A stretch of 64,000 nt of DNA from an uncultured cyanobacterium (GCA_963803805.1 CAWDOD010000003.1:544001-608000); one strand, 5' to 3'. Shown: positions 1 through 9,701, numbered from the stretch's first letter. The notes: generated by a model from the letters alone, not told the origin. A program made the numbers and translations.

Positions 1-617
1 ATCAAGGAGTTAGGTAAACTACCATGAGGGCTAAGGTGATTCCGCAATCTTTTTGCTTCGTGTTTCTCCATTGTCGCTGCCCGTTTAGAGCTTTCCGCTT
101 TGCGTGTACCTAAAGCTAAAATTGTTTCTCCATGCTCCCTAACTACTTCTCGTATGAAATGATTAGCCGGTTTAATTTTTAATCTTTCTGTACACCAACG
201 AAAATGATTTCTGGGGGCAGGATAACCTTTACCAATTAAGCAAGCCCAAAAAGTATCTTTAACAGCAGGATAAGTTAAATGAGTTTCTATGGGCATTTTT
301 TGTTGTTGGGCTGCTGATTCCATCTTTTCTAAAGATTTACGTACCCAAGCAGAAACTACAGGATTTTCTACTAATGTATCGTTAGTAATGACATGAATAG
401 TTTTAGTTCTTTTTTCTAGAGGAAGAGCTGCGATCGCATTCCAAATTAGTTGCAGCACTGTAGTGCTATCTTTCCCTCCAGATACACCAACAATCCAAGG
501 TATTGAGTCTAGGGAATATAACTCTTGTATTTCAGTAGTTAGAGCCTTGATATCTTCTACTAGTTCTTTAACACTACGCTTATTTGGCTTTTCTTTTACT
601 TGTTTTGAGTTAACCAT
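1..617 (-). CDS. dndC: DNA phosphorothioation sulfurtransferase DndC, 5' part (runs off window edge)
   Basis: Not in ORF track. Manual translation from ATG at 617: MVNSKQVKEKPNKRSVKELVEDIKALTTEIQELYSLDSIPWIVGVSGGKDSTTVLQLIWNAI...NDTLVENPVV...DTFWACLIGKGYPAPRNHFRWCTERLKIKP...LGTRKAESSKR. It has a PAPS-reductase-type PP-loop (SGGKDS) and DndC-typical motifs. Confidence 0.93.
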   Translation of the reverse strand, partial: MVNSKQVKEKPNKRSVKELVEDIKALTTEIQELYSLDSIPWIVGVSGGKDSTTVLQLIWNAIAALPLEKRTKTIHVITNDTLVENPVVSAWVRKSLEKMESAAQQQKMPIETHLTYPAVKDTFWACLIGKGYPAPRNHFRWCTERLKIKPANHFIREVVREHGETILALGTRKAESSKRAATMEKHEAKRLRNHLSPHGSLPNSL

Positions 618-918
618 TCTCTCCCTTCTGTGACTATTACCCCATATTTGAGCATAAGAGATTATTGAACTCTTTTAGCTATATTTAGAACATTCAAAAG
701 TTATAAATATATAAGTGTTGTATTTTTCTTCCTTGACATGATATTATGTACATGGTGGAAAAGGTGCGCTCCTAAAAAATGATTTTCCCAAAGCTTTAGT
801 AAGGTAGGTTGGTTTAGGCTTGAGATATCATCACGTAGGGACGAGCCGTCTATGTTATTTTAGTTGCCTACAAACCAAACTTATTGAGTTGCTTTTGACA
901 AGGATTAAATGGAGGGCA

Positions 919-977
919 GGCGACCCAATGTAATCAGTTTTTAACTCTTCAAGTTCATGAAAACGGGCCGCCTCTAC
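919..977 (-). repeat. GTAG-type REP-like palindromic element, copy A
   Basis: Minus strand reads GTAGAGGCGGCCCGTTT...ATTGGGTCGCC; same ends and near-identical length as the copy at 9702-9759. Confidence 0.65.
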
Positions 978-1000
978 AGAGAATATTGTTTTTTATATCA

Positions 1001-3309
1001 CTATTGTTTAATCGCTTCTTGTACTCTTTCTATTTGTTTAGGTGCTGGTATATTGCTGAATAATTGAATCGCTTTCTCGAAGTTTTCTTTACTTTTAGCC
1101 GTTTCTTCCATATCTTGATAGGTTAAAGCGAGTTGAAAATAAGCTTCTGCAAGGTCACATTTAGCACCGATTTTATCAAGCATTTCTATAGATTCTGTAT
1201 GATGAGAGAGCGCTGTTGTAAATTCTTTTTGCAAGCGATAAAGTTCTGCAAGTCCTGTTAGAGATTTAGCTTTTACTTGTTTGTAGTTACTTTCTTCTGC
1301 ATATTTAATTGCTTGACGATACATTTCAAACGATTCTGTTATTTGTTCTAGATTTTTGTAGGTCTTGCCTAGAAACAATAAGCTATATCCTTTAGACCAA
1401 GAACTTAGTTTTCTTTTTTCTGCAAACTCCCAATATCTAGATAAGAGTGCTTTTGCTTCTTCTCGGAATCCAAAGTGAGATTTCAAATAACTTAGACAGA
1501 ATAAAGAGTCAGATGTAAAAAATTTTTGATGTTTTTATATTCTTTAACAAGTAAAATAGTTCGCTCGAAATAATCTACTGCCCTATCCAACTCAAAATAG
1601 TCTAAGTAACATAGACCTTGATTATAAGTCGCAAATGCTTCTTGTTCTTTGTTTTTGATTTTGCGAGCGACATCTCCAGATAATTTATGAGACTTTATGC
1701 TCTTTCCTAAATTTCCTTTTATCCAGTATAAATCTCCCAATATACCCAATATTCTAGTAGTTACAGCTAAGTTATTTATTTTACTAACTAGTCTTTCAAT
1801 TGCCAAAATCATTATTTGCAACAAGCCTAATCGGTAAAAAGACATACCGAGAGATTCATCTTCATCCCAAGGATTAGCTCTAAAATTGTTAATTACAGAA
1901 CTAGCTGCATCAACATCATCAACTTCTAAATAATGGTGATAAGCTTCAAAAGCTTGGAAAGCATCTTTTTCATCTTCAACTGTTTCAACGCTTTCTGTCC
2001 AAAATTGTGCTGCATCACGATTAGCTTTCTCCCAATCTTCACTACTTTTCAACCTCGCAACCGCTTCAGCACGAATAACTGGATGTAACCAATATTCACC
2101 CTTAAAAAACTCAATCAAAGAGCGATCGCGCAAAACATTAACAACCTTCAGTCGTTCCCTTTCTGCCACATCCCAAAGTAAACAGAAAATCCCTTCTAAA
2201 GGAACAGTTGCAACATCTTGATAGCGATAACATCCCAAACGACACAAGAGATTATAAGCAGCTATGTTTTGCTTTGCTAAACGCTGAAACTGACAACTAA
2301 CTAAATCTTCTAACTCTCCTTCACTGGGTAAATACTTTTGATTAGCTTGCCAATATGCTTTAATGTCGCTGTCGTAATCCTGTTGAATAGCACTGCTAAG
2401 AATTTCCATCGCTTTAGCATTACCGCCATAGTATTTATGTATAGCTTCTAAACTAATCAAGTCAAATTCTTCACCAACCGACACCCTATCAAAACGACGA
2501 ACAAAAAACTCTTGCCAAGCAGCAAAATCTAAACCTGACAAGTGATAACCAGAAAAATTTAGGGCAGATTCTCTGATGCGATCGCGGCTAGTAATCAAAG
2601 TAAGAGATTTCAACTGAGGAGTAGTTAAAATTCTCAACAACTCTACATAGCGGCGATGGGGTGTAACCAACTTACCCTTCTCATCTAAAGCAGGTTCAAA
2701 GTTATCAATCAATAAGCCAATTTTCTCCTGCTTTAGCTTCTGTTTCAACCTTTCCAAAGATACCCCAAACTCTCTACCAGGTTCCTCCCCTAACTGCTTT
2801 AACTTCTCCTCCAACAAACTTTCTACTGAAGTAATATTTTGAGTTTCTTTAGCAATGGGAAACTCAATAAAACGGCTAAACCTTTGCTGAAGATATCTTC
2901 TTGCTAAAGTAGTTTTCCCGACACCACCGCCAGCATAAATTAAAACAACTTTCGCACCTTTGTTAATCAAGTCATCTAAATCGGCGATCGCCCCCTCTCT
3001 ACCGACAAAACTGAGATCCGCTATTTTATCTACCGTCTCCTTTTCCTTTTCAGGTGCAACCAACTCTGGTTTATACTTAGCAAACAGTGCCAGTAAATTC
3101 GGTCTTTGGGAACGACGAGCATCTGGGAAATCGTTAATTAAACCAAACTCTGTACAAATTCCTGAGATATGCTGTCTCACCGTTGCTCTCTCAATGTGTA
3201 AAGCTTGAGCAATTTCTGTATCACTTTTCCCCGCCAAAAATTTCTCTAACACCTCTCTACGCCTTGGTGATAGCTTTTTGAAAGTTCGCTCGAACTGTTC
3301 CCTAATCAT
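1001..3309 (-). pseudogene. HTH (LuxR/sigma4-like) - NB-ARC/STAND NTPase - TPR protein, interrupted by a -1 frameshift near 1516-1535 (ORFs 1492-3363 and 1001-1486)
   Basis: N-terminal HTH (LSPRRREVLEKFLAGKSDTEIAQALHIERATVRQHIS), Walker A GGGVGKTT, Walker B LLIDNFE, LITSR sensor and HPVIR motif. TPR repeats continue in the -1 frame (...SDSLFCLSYLKSHFG...AKCDLAEAYFQLALTYQ). Likely start is ATG 3309. Confidence 0.8.
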
Positions 3310-3315
3310 ATTTTC

Positions 3316-3378
3316 ACAGGTGTTTATGCTGTTTGTAGATAAAAACTCACAAGCTTTGTGCAACAGATGTTTATGATG
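3316..3378. promoter_or_regulatory. Direct-repeat operator candidate in divergent promoter
   Basis: ACAGGTGTTTATGCTG (3316-3331) and ACAGATGTTTATGATG (3363-3378) are 14/16 identical and flank the palindrome CACAA-GCT-TTGTG (3348-3360). Confidence 0.5.
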
Positions 3379-3433
3379 CCAATGCCACTATTGAGGTGGT
3401 TATTTATCTTGCGTATTTAGGAGTCAAAACCCG

Positions 3434-3598
3434 ATGACTACTTTCGAGCGTAACTATCTCATTATCAGTTTGATTAATCTAATTGTACATTTATCCACTC
3501 TAGCTATTCAACTCAACCCCAACCATGCTTCTTCTCTCATCGAAAACCAATTATCACCGCAAGTTCCCTTAACGGAAACTTATCAATCCTCTGATTAA
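3434..3598 (+). CDS. Small protein (54 aa) with hydrophobic, signal-peptide-like N-terminus
   Basis: MTTFERNYLIISLINLIVHLSTLAIQLNPNHASSLIENQLSPQVPLTETYQSSD*; AGGAG ribosome-binding site at 3419-3423; below the ORF-track length cutoff. Confidence 0.6.
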   Translation: MTTFERNYLIISLINLIVHLSTLAIQLNPNHASSLIENQLSPQVPLTETYQSSD

Positions 3599-3730
3599 GG
3601 TTTTTACAGCCTGACTGGTTGGAAGTTCGTTTCTCTTAATTTGGTGTGAGACAATTATTTCACAAACCCTGCATTAGTTTTTAAAAACTTTTGTTGAGTT
3701 TTTGTTTTTTGGGTAATAGTTTGTCCTTTG

Positions 3731-5287
3731 ATGGAGAAACCAACCCAAAATCCAGGCTTGATGAATCTCAGCAAACAACTCCTCAAAACCAACCTTTCCC
3801 CACAAGAAGAAATTTTTGTTCAAAAAACTCAGATGGGCAGCACAGAAGCTTATCTTGGTACAGTTACCTTAGAATGGGTAGCTAGTCGCCTTCGCTTCGC
3901 CGCACAACTGCCCTTATTTCAAAACAAATTTGACCCTAAAACCAACAACACTATCCGGGATGCTACCACCATTGAAAAATTGCAACAACGTCCCTTAAAT
4001 TGGTCGCGTCAAGCTTTGTTAGCACAGTATTTAGCAGTACGCAAACATCATAAATTTCCTGCCCTTCTGGTTGTTCTCAGCCCACCTTGGGTAGATAATC
4101 CAGAAGCGGAAACCTGGTGTCAACAAAAGGCTTTGCATTCAGCAGCTAACTTCACTGCATTAGATGAGGAAGGTAATCTGGGATTTTTAGATATCTCCTC
4201 AAACATTGCCATTTTTGCCCTTGATGGACAACATCGACTCATGGGTATTCAAGGTTTAATGGAGTTGCTGAAAACTGGACAGTTAATTAAATACAATAAA
4301 CACAAAAAACCAACAGGAAAAGTTCTTACCACTGCTAATTTAAGCAAAGAATACAACCTTGATCCTGCATACCTACAAAACCTGGCACAGGAAAAGATTG
4401 GCATTGAATTTATCCCCGCTGTGGTTAAAGGGGAAACTAGGGAAGAAGCCAGACGGAGAGTGCGTTCTATTTTTGTCCACGTTAACCTCATGTCTGTTAA
4501 CCTCAGCAAAGGACAACTCGCCCTATTAAATGAAGATGATGGCTTCTCCATTGTGGCAAGAAACATTGCTGTCACCCACCCCCTATTCCGGGAAGAAGAA
4601 TGGCGCAACCCCCGCGTTAATTGGGATAGTGCCACTGTTGCTGCCAAAGCCACAGTGTTAACCACTCTCCAAGCCTTAAAAGATATGGCGGAAGCATACT
4701 TAAAGCCTAAATTTCCCCACTGGCAACCTGTAGAAAAGGGTTTAATCCCGTTGCGTCCTGAAGATGAAGAATTAGAGTTAGGATGTCAAGAGTTTGCTAA
4801 ACTTTTTGATAACCTCGCTACTCTACACAGTTATAAAAGACTGAATAAAGGTACAGAAACTCCTCAACTACGCCGCTTCAGTCATGAACAGGGTAAAGGA
4901 GAAGCGAACATTCTCTTTCGCCCGGTGGGACAAATTGCTTTAGCACAAGCATTGGGAATTTTAGTTACCCAAAAGAAGTTAAAACTGAAAACTATTTTCA
5001 CTAAACTGCGTCAATACGATAAACAAGGAGGATTTAGTGGTATGGAATTTCCTTCCTCTCCTTGGTATGGGGTTTTATACAATCCGCAAAAAAAGCGGAT
5101 TCAAATTTCTGGTAAAGATTTAGCTAGTAAATTAATAGTTTATTTGGTGGCAGGAATAGAAGATGAATTAGACTATGCCAAACTCCGTACAGCCGTAGCT
5201 AAAGCCAGAATAGTAGGAGAAAATCAAGCAATGGGTTTTAATGGGGAAATTGTTAAGCCCAAAGAGGTAGGTTTGCCAGAAAGGTAA
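3731..5287 (+). CDS. DGQHR-domain (DndB-family) protein
   Basis: ALDGQHRLMG motif, LQQRPLNWSRQ, RSIFVHVN; close to dndC; ATG at 3731. Confidence 0.88.
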   Translation: MEKPTQNPGLMNLSKQLLKTNLSPQEEIFVQKTQMGSTEAYLGTVTLEWVASRLRFAAQLPLFQNKFDPKTNNTIRDATTIEKLQQRPLNWSRQALLAQYLAVRKHHKFPALLVVLSPPWVDNPEAETWCQQKALHSAANFTALDEEGNLGFLDISSNIAIFALDGQHRLMGIQGLMELLKTGQLIKYNKHKKPTGKVLTTANLSKEYNLDPAYLQNLAQEKIGIEFIPAVVKGETREEARRRVRSIFVHVNLMSVNLSKGQLALLNEDDGFSIVARNIAVTHPLFREEEWRNPRVNWDSATVAAKATVLTTLQALKDMAEAYLKPKFPHWQPVEKGLIPLRPEDEELELGCQEFAKLFDNLATLHSYKRLNKGTETPQLRRFSHEQGKGEANILFRPVGQIALAQALGILVTQKKLKLKTIFTKLRQYDKQGGFSGMEFPSSPWYGVLYNPQKKRIQISGKDLASKLIVYLVAGIEDELDYAKLRTAVAKARIVGENQAMGFNGEIVKPKEVGLPER

Positions 5288-5293
5288 GTAATA

Positions 5294-6305
5294 ACGTGAG
5301 TTCGACGGAGGAAAAAGAGAGAAAAGAAAAGCATCAGAGGTATGCTGAAAATGAATCTTAATCAGAATCTGATGCTATGTCCAATATTGTATCTCGTCTC
5401 GATATCACCCAAATATTCTGTCAGGTAGATGACTTTTATCAAAGGTTTGAGAGGCATTGGCAACAACAGCCAATGTTAACAGCAACTTGTGGAGAGCGTC
5501 TATGTCGCTCCCGCCTAAGCCTAAGCGAAGTGATGACCATTGTCATTGCCTTTCATGGTTCGGGATTTCGCACTTTTAAAGAATTTTACACTCTACAAGT
5601 CTTGCCTTACTGGAAGAAAGCTTTTCCCAACTTGGTCAGTTACACTCGATTCGTAGAGCTAATGCCGTGGAGCTTAATGCTTCTTTGCTGTTTTCTACAT
5701 ACTCTTCGAGGAGAAATTACCGGCATCAGCTTTATTGATTCTACCCCCATTGAGGTCTGCCACCCGAATCGCTCCAAAAGCCACCGTGTTTTTGAAGGTT
5801 TGGTAGGTTGGGGCAAAAATGCTATGGGATGGCATTATGGCTTCAAGCTACATCTAATTATTAATGACAAAGGTGAGCTGCTTGCTTTCAAACTTACAGA
5901 GGGTAATACTGATGACCGTAACCCTGTGCCAGATATGGCTGATGGCTTGATTGGTAAGTTATTTGGCGACCGAGGTTATATTTCTCAGGATTTGTTTGAG
6001 AAACTCTATGAACAAAGACTACAACTGATTACACACCGCAAGAAAAATATGAAGCCGAAGTTAATGCGTCTTCAGGATAAGATTCTCCTACGTAAGCGTT
6101 CTCTGATTGAGACTGTTAATGACCAGCTCAAGAATATCTGTCAGATTCAGCATTCAAGACACCGTAGCGTTTGGAATTTTTTGGTTAATCTCTTAGCTGG
6201 TCTAATCGCTTATACTTTCTTGCCCAAAAAGCCTTCCCTTGACCTTGACCCCAAAGGCCTAGCTGAACTTCCTTCTGCTGTTTTTTAACTTCATCGAACT
6301 CACGT
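5294..6305 (+). mobile_element. IS982-family insertion sequence
   Basis: Terminal IRs ACGTGAGTTCGACGGAG / CTTCATCGAACTCACGT; flanking duplication TAATA (5289-5293, 6306-6310). Confidence 0.92.
5377..6288 (+). CDS. IS982-family DDE transposase
   Basis: FIDSTPIEVCH, GWHYGFKLHLIIN, LFGDRGYIS, RSLIETVNDQLK motifs; intact 303 aa. Confidence 0.95.
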   Translation: MSNIVSRLDITQIFCQVDDFYQRFERHWQQQPMLTATCGERLCRSRLSLSEVMTIVIAFHGSGFRTFKEFYTLQVLPYWKKAFPNLVSYTRFVELMPWSLMLLCCFLHTLRGEITGISFIDSTPIEVCHPNRSKSHRVFEGLVGWGKNAMGWHYGFKLHLIINDKGELLAFKLTEGNTDDRNPVPDMADGLIGKLFGDRGYISQDLFEKLYEQRLQLITHRKKNMKPKLMRLQDKILLRKRSLIETVNDQLKNICQIQHSRHRSVWNFLVNLLAGLIAYTFLPKKPSLDLDPKGLAELPSAVF

Positions 6306-6337
6306 TAATAAGTAACAAGTAATAAGTAATAAGTAAA
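6306..6337. repeat. STRR heptamer repeat (TAAGTAA)
   Basis: taataagtaacaagtaataagtaataagtaaa; continues the copy at 5285-5293 across the IS. Confidence 0.8.
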
Positions 6338-6344
6338 GAAGGTT

Positions 6345-8069
6345 ATGCAAAAACGGTCTAGTTATTGGTTGCTTTTACCCCTAATTCGTTCTCAAATAAG
6401 TACGATTATTAAAGCCTTAAGCTGTACTTTAGCTTTTACAGTATTTTGGCCCATTTTAGCTTGGTTAGCGGGGAGGATGGCGGGATATATTGGGCAAGGA
6501 AATATTGAGGCGATCGCACAATTAGCAGGAGTTGCGGCGGTTATTTTCCTGATTCGGGGTGCTGTGCAATACGGGCAAGATGCTTTGATGGCGAAAGCAG
6601 CATTGAAAATCTCTCTCAATCTACGCAAGCAGGTATATTCTCATTTGCAACAACTCAGCCTCGATTATTTTGAAACTGCCAAAACCGGAGACTTAACCTA
6701 TCGCCTCACCGAAGATACAGATCGGGTGGGGGAGGTAATTAACAAAATCTTCCATCAATTTGTACCTTGCATACTGCAACTGGTGGTAGTTTTAGGTTAT
6801 ATGTTTTACCTCAACTGGCAATTAACCCTGGCTGCATTGATTATTGCCCCAGCAATGGCAGTGTTAATTGGGGCTTTTGGGGAGAGGTTGCTAAAGTTTT
6901 CCCGCCGTAGTCAAAACCGTATCTCTAACCTCTCTTCCCTCCTCACTGAAGTATTTAGCGGTATTCGTTTAGTCAAAGCTTTCGCCGCAGAAGATTATGA
7001 AATTCAACGCTTCGCCCAAGAAGCAGAACAAAATCGCCGGGCCAAATATTTAGCAGAAAAAGTTAAAGCCTTTCAATTCGTTGCCGTGGGTTTCCTCGAA
7101 GCCATGAGTGTCATTTTGCTCTTTTTCTTAGGGGGTTGGCAAATTTCCCAAGGTAACTTAACCGGTAGTGATTTTGTCGCTTACATCGCCGCCGTTGCTT
7201 TATTAATCGATCCTATCGCCATCACCACCAGCAACTACAACGAGTTCAAAGAAGGAGAAGCTTCTGTAGATCGGGTATTTGAACTTTTAGCCATTGAAGC
7301 AACGGTACAAGAAAACCCCCAAGCAACTAACCTTCCGGCTGTAACCGGGAAAGTGCAGTACCAAAACATCAACTTCGCCTACCACAGCAATCAACCCGTC
7401 TTACAAAACCTCAGCTTCCTCGCCCATCCCGGAGATACCATCGCCTTAGTAGGTTCTTCTGGGGCAGGAAAAACCACCCTAGTTAACCTCCTACCTCGCT
7501 TCTACGATACCCAAGGGGGACAAATTCTCATTGATGGTATTGATATTCAAAAAGTAACTTTAAAAAGCCTCCGTCGCCAAATTGGGATTGTTCCCCAAGA
7601 AACCATCCTCTTTTCCGGCACTATCGCCCAAAATATTGCCTTTGGACAAACAGAATATGAACTTAAAGATATCGAAGCAGCCGCGAAAATAGCCAACGCT
7701 CACCAATTTATTAGCCAATTCTCCCAAGGCTACCATACCTATGTCGGGGAAAGGGGAGTTAACCTTTCCGGGGGACAAAAACAAAGAATTGCGATCGCCC
7801 GTGCAGTCTTATTAAATCCCCGCATCTTAATCTTAGATGAAGCAACTTCTGCATTAGATTCAGAATCAGAAGCTTTGGTACAAGAAGCTTTGCAACGTAT
7901 TATGGAAGAGCGTACCGTATTCGTCATCGCCCACCGTCTCGCGACTGTGCGTAGTGCAAGTCGCATTTTAGTTTTAGAAAAAGGACAAATCGTGGAATCC
8001 GGTACTCACGAAGAGTTGTTAACCAAGCAAGGGCGTTATGCAACTTTTCATGCCAGACAGTTTCAGTGA
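6345..8069 (+). CDS. ABC exporter permease/ATP-binding fusion (MsbA-like)
   Basis: Transmembrane domain followed by GSSGAGKT, LSGGQKQR and ILDEATSALD. Confidence 0.93.
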   Translation: MQKRSSYWLLLPLIRSQISTIIKALSCTLAFTVFWPILAWLAGRMAGYIGQGNIEAIAQLAGVAAVIFLIRGAVQYGQDALMAKAALKISLNLRKQVYSHLQQLSLDYFETAKTGDLTYRLTEDTDRVGEVINKIFHQFVPCILQLVVVLGYMFYLNWQLTLAALIIAPAMAVLIGAFGERLLKFSRRSQNRISNLSSLLTEVFSGIRLVKAFAAEDYEIQRFAQEAEQNRRAKYLAEKVKAFQFVAVGFLEAMSVILLFFLGGWQISQGNLTGSDFVAYIAAVALLIDPIAITTSNYNEFKEGEASVDRVFELLAIEATVQENPQATNLPAVTGKVQYQNINFAYHSNQPVLQNLSFLAHPGDTIALVGSSGAGKTTLVNLLPRFYDTQGGQILIDGIDIQKVTLKSLRRQIGIVPQETILFSGTIAQNIAFGQTEYELKDIEAAAKIANAHQFISQFSQGYHTYVGERGVNLSGGQKQRIAIARAVLLNPRILILDEATSALDSESEALVQEALQRIMEERTVFVIAHRLATVRSASRILVLEKGQIVESGTHEELLTKQGRYATFHARQFQ

Positions 8070-8142
8070 ATTGCTACTTGCTAAAATCTTGGTGCGATCG
8101 CACTGCACTTTTTTGTGCATAAAATTACTATCCCCTAATCTC

Positions 8143-8211
8143 GGTGCGTTACGGCAGTATTTAATGTTATTCATTGAACCTTATTGATAATAACCGCCTA
8201 ACGCACCCTAC
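8143..8211 (-). repeat. GTAG-type REP-like hairpin
   Basis: Minus strand GTAGGGTGCGTTAGGC...GCCGTAACGCACC, between convergent genes. Confidence 0.7.
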
Positions 8212-8375
8212 TGGCTAATGATTTTTCTCAATCTCACCCATCAGCCTTCACTTCTACAGTTTGCTGGTATTATTCGTGATTAAATTTAGTTGCACATCCC
8301 GTTAGTAAGGTGTTGGGATAGGAATTAACGACAGGGTAAAGAGTACCTATCTCCTTATTGATTTTATATTAATAA

Positions 8376-9152
8376 CTAGGGGCGGGGGATAATCGTATTT
8401 TCTAACAAACCAATCCCTTCAATGGTAATTTGAACGCGATCGCCTTTATTTAAAGTCCCTATTCCCTCTGGCGTACCCGTGAGAATAATATCCCCTGGTA
8501 GTAGGGTCATTACCTGGGAAATAAAGGCAACCAGGACATTAGGGGGAAAAACCATTTCATTAATCAAGGCTGATTGCCTTGGTTCAGGAGCATCATTAAC
8601 AAAAGTCTCTAATCTTGCCCCAGGGCTTAATTCTCGGACGATCCAAGGGCCTAAAGGACAAAAAGTATCAAACCCTTTAGCCCGTGTCCACTGACCATCC
8701 TGACGCTGCAAATCCCGCGCTGTGACATCATTGGCAATGGTATAACCCCAAATACAATCTTCTGCCTCCTCTGGGGAACAATGGCTACAGCGATCGCCAA
8801 TGACTAAAGCCAATTCTCCTTCATAATCAACTTGCTGTGCCTGGGAAGGATAATGAATAGGCTGTCCACTAGCGATAATCGTAGTAGGGGGTTTAATAAA
8901 CAGCAACGGTTCTTGAGGTACAGGAGTCCCCATTTCCGCAGCATGGCGATGATAATTTTTACCCACCGCAACAACTTTAGAAGGGGCGCAAGGAGCTAAT
9001 AAATTATAGCGTTCTGCTTCTAATTCCATATCCGTAGGTCTTCCTCCCAACCAAGGGGGGGCATCAAGAACCTGGACATTGCGGCTTAACAGGAGTAAGC
9101 CATAGTAAGTTTGACCTTGATGAGTTTTTACTCTAACGTAGCGTTGCGCCAT
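8376..9152 (-). CDS. Fumarylacetoacetate hydrolase family protein
   Basis: VGKNYHRHAAEM, VDYEGELA, NDVTARD, AKGFDTFCPLGP, GDIILTGTPEG. Confidence 0.92.
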   Translation of the reverse strand: MAQRYVRVKTHQGQTYYGLLLLSRNVQVLDAPPWLGGRPTDMELEAERYNLLAPCAPSKVVAVGKNYHRHAAEMGTPVPQEPLLFIKPPTTIIASGQPIHYPSQAQQVDYEGELALVIGDRCSHCSPEEAEDCIWGYTIANDVTARDLQRQDGQWTRAKGFDTFCPLGPWIVRELSPGARLETFVNDAPEPRQSALINEMVFPPNVLVAFISQVMTLLPGDIILTGTPEGIGTLNKGDRVQITIEGIGLLENTIIPRP

Positions 9153-9242
9153 AGAAAAGGTAGAAGTATCTTAAATTTAAGTTTGGAGATATTACTAATT
9201 TAGAAAACTAGCAAAGATTACCATAGTAGTAGTAAGATTTTA

Positions 9243-9325
9243 ATTCCTTGCTTCTTTATTTGAGGACAAAAAAGAATAATTTTTTTTGCTGCCAATGTCA
9301 AGAAGCCATATTGCCCACAAGGAGA
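9243..9325 (+). promoter_or_regulatory. S6:S18-type ribosomal protein leader RNA
   Basis: TCCTTG pairs with CAAGGA (covering the SD) and GCTTCT with AGAAGC, with a C-rich internal loop, directly upstream of rpsF. Confidence 0.6.
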
Positions 9326-9333
9326 TAATTTTC

Positions 9334-9666
9334 ATGGCTAGTTACGAGTTAATGTACATCATCCGTCCCGATATTCCAGAGGAGCGGGTAGAGGAAACCA
9401 TCAATAAATATCGCACTTTTTTAGTTGATCAAGGAGCCGAAGATATCCAAATACAGAATCGAGGTAAGCGCCGCCTAGCTTATGAGATTCAAAACTTTCA
9501 AGATGGCATTTATATCCAGGTCAATTACCAAGCTGGAGGTACTCATGTAGCGCTTATGGAGCGTTCTATGCGTTTGAGCGAGGAAGTTATTCGTTATATG
9601 ACCTTGAGAGTAAACGAGCCAAAACCTGCCCCTGCTGAAGCAGAAGATGTGGCAACTGAAGCTTAG
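9334..9666 (+). CDS. rpsF: 30S ribosomal protein S6
   Basis: [10 protein letters not shown]...[10 protein letters not shown]...[17 protein letters not shown] before ATG 9334. Confidence 0.96.
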   Translation: MASYELMYIIRPDIPEERVEETINKYRTFLVDQGAEDIQIQNRGKRRLAYEIQNFQDGIYIQVNYQAGGTHVALMERSMRLSEEVIRYMTLRVNEPKPAPAEAEDVATEA

Positions 9667-9701
9667 ACTTTTAATTGATAGTTGATAATTGATAGTTGAT
9701 G

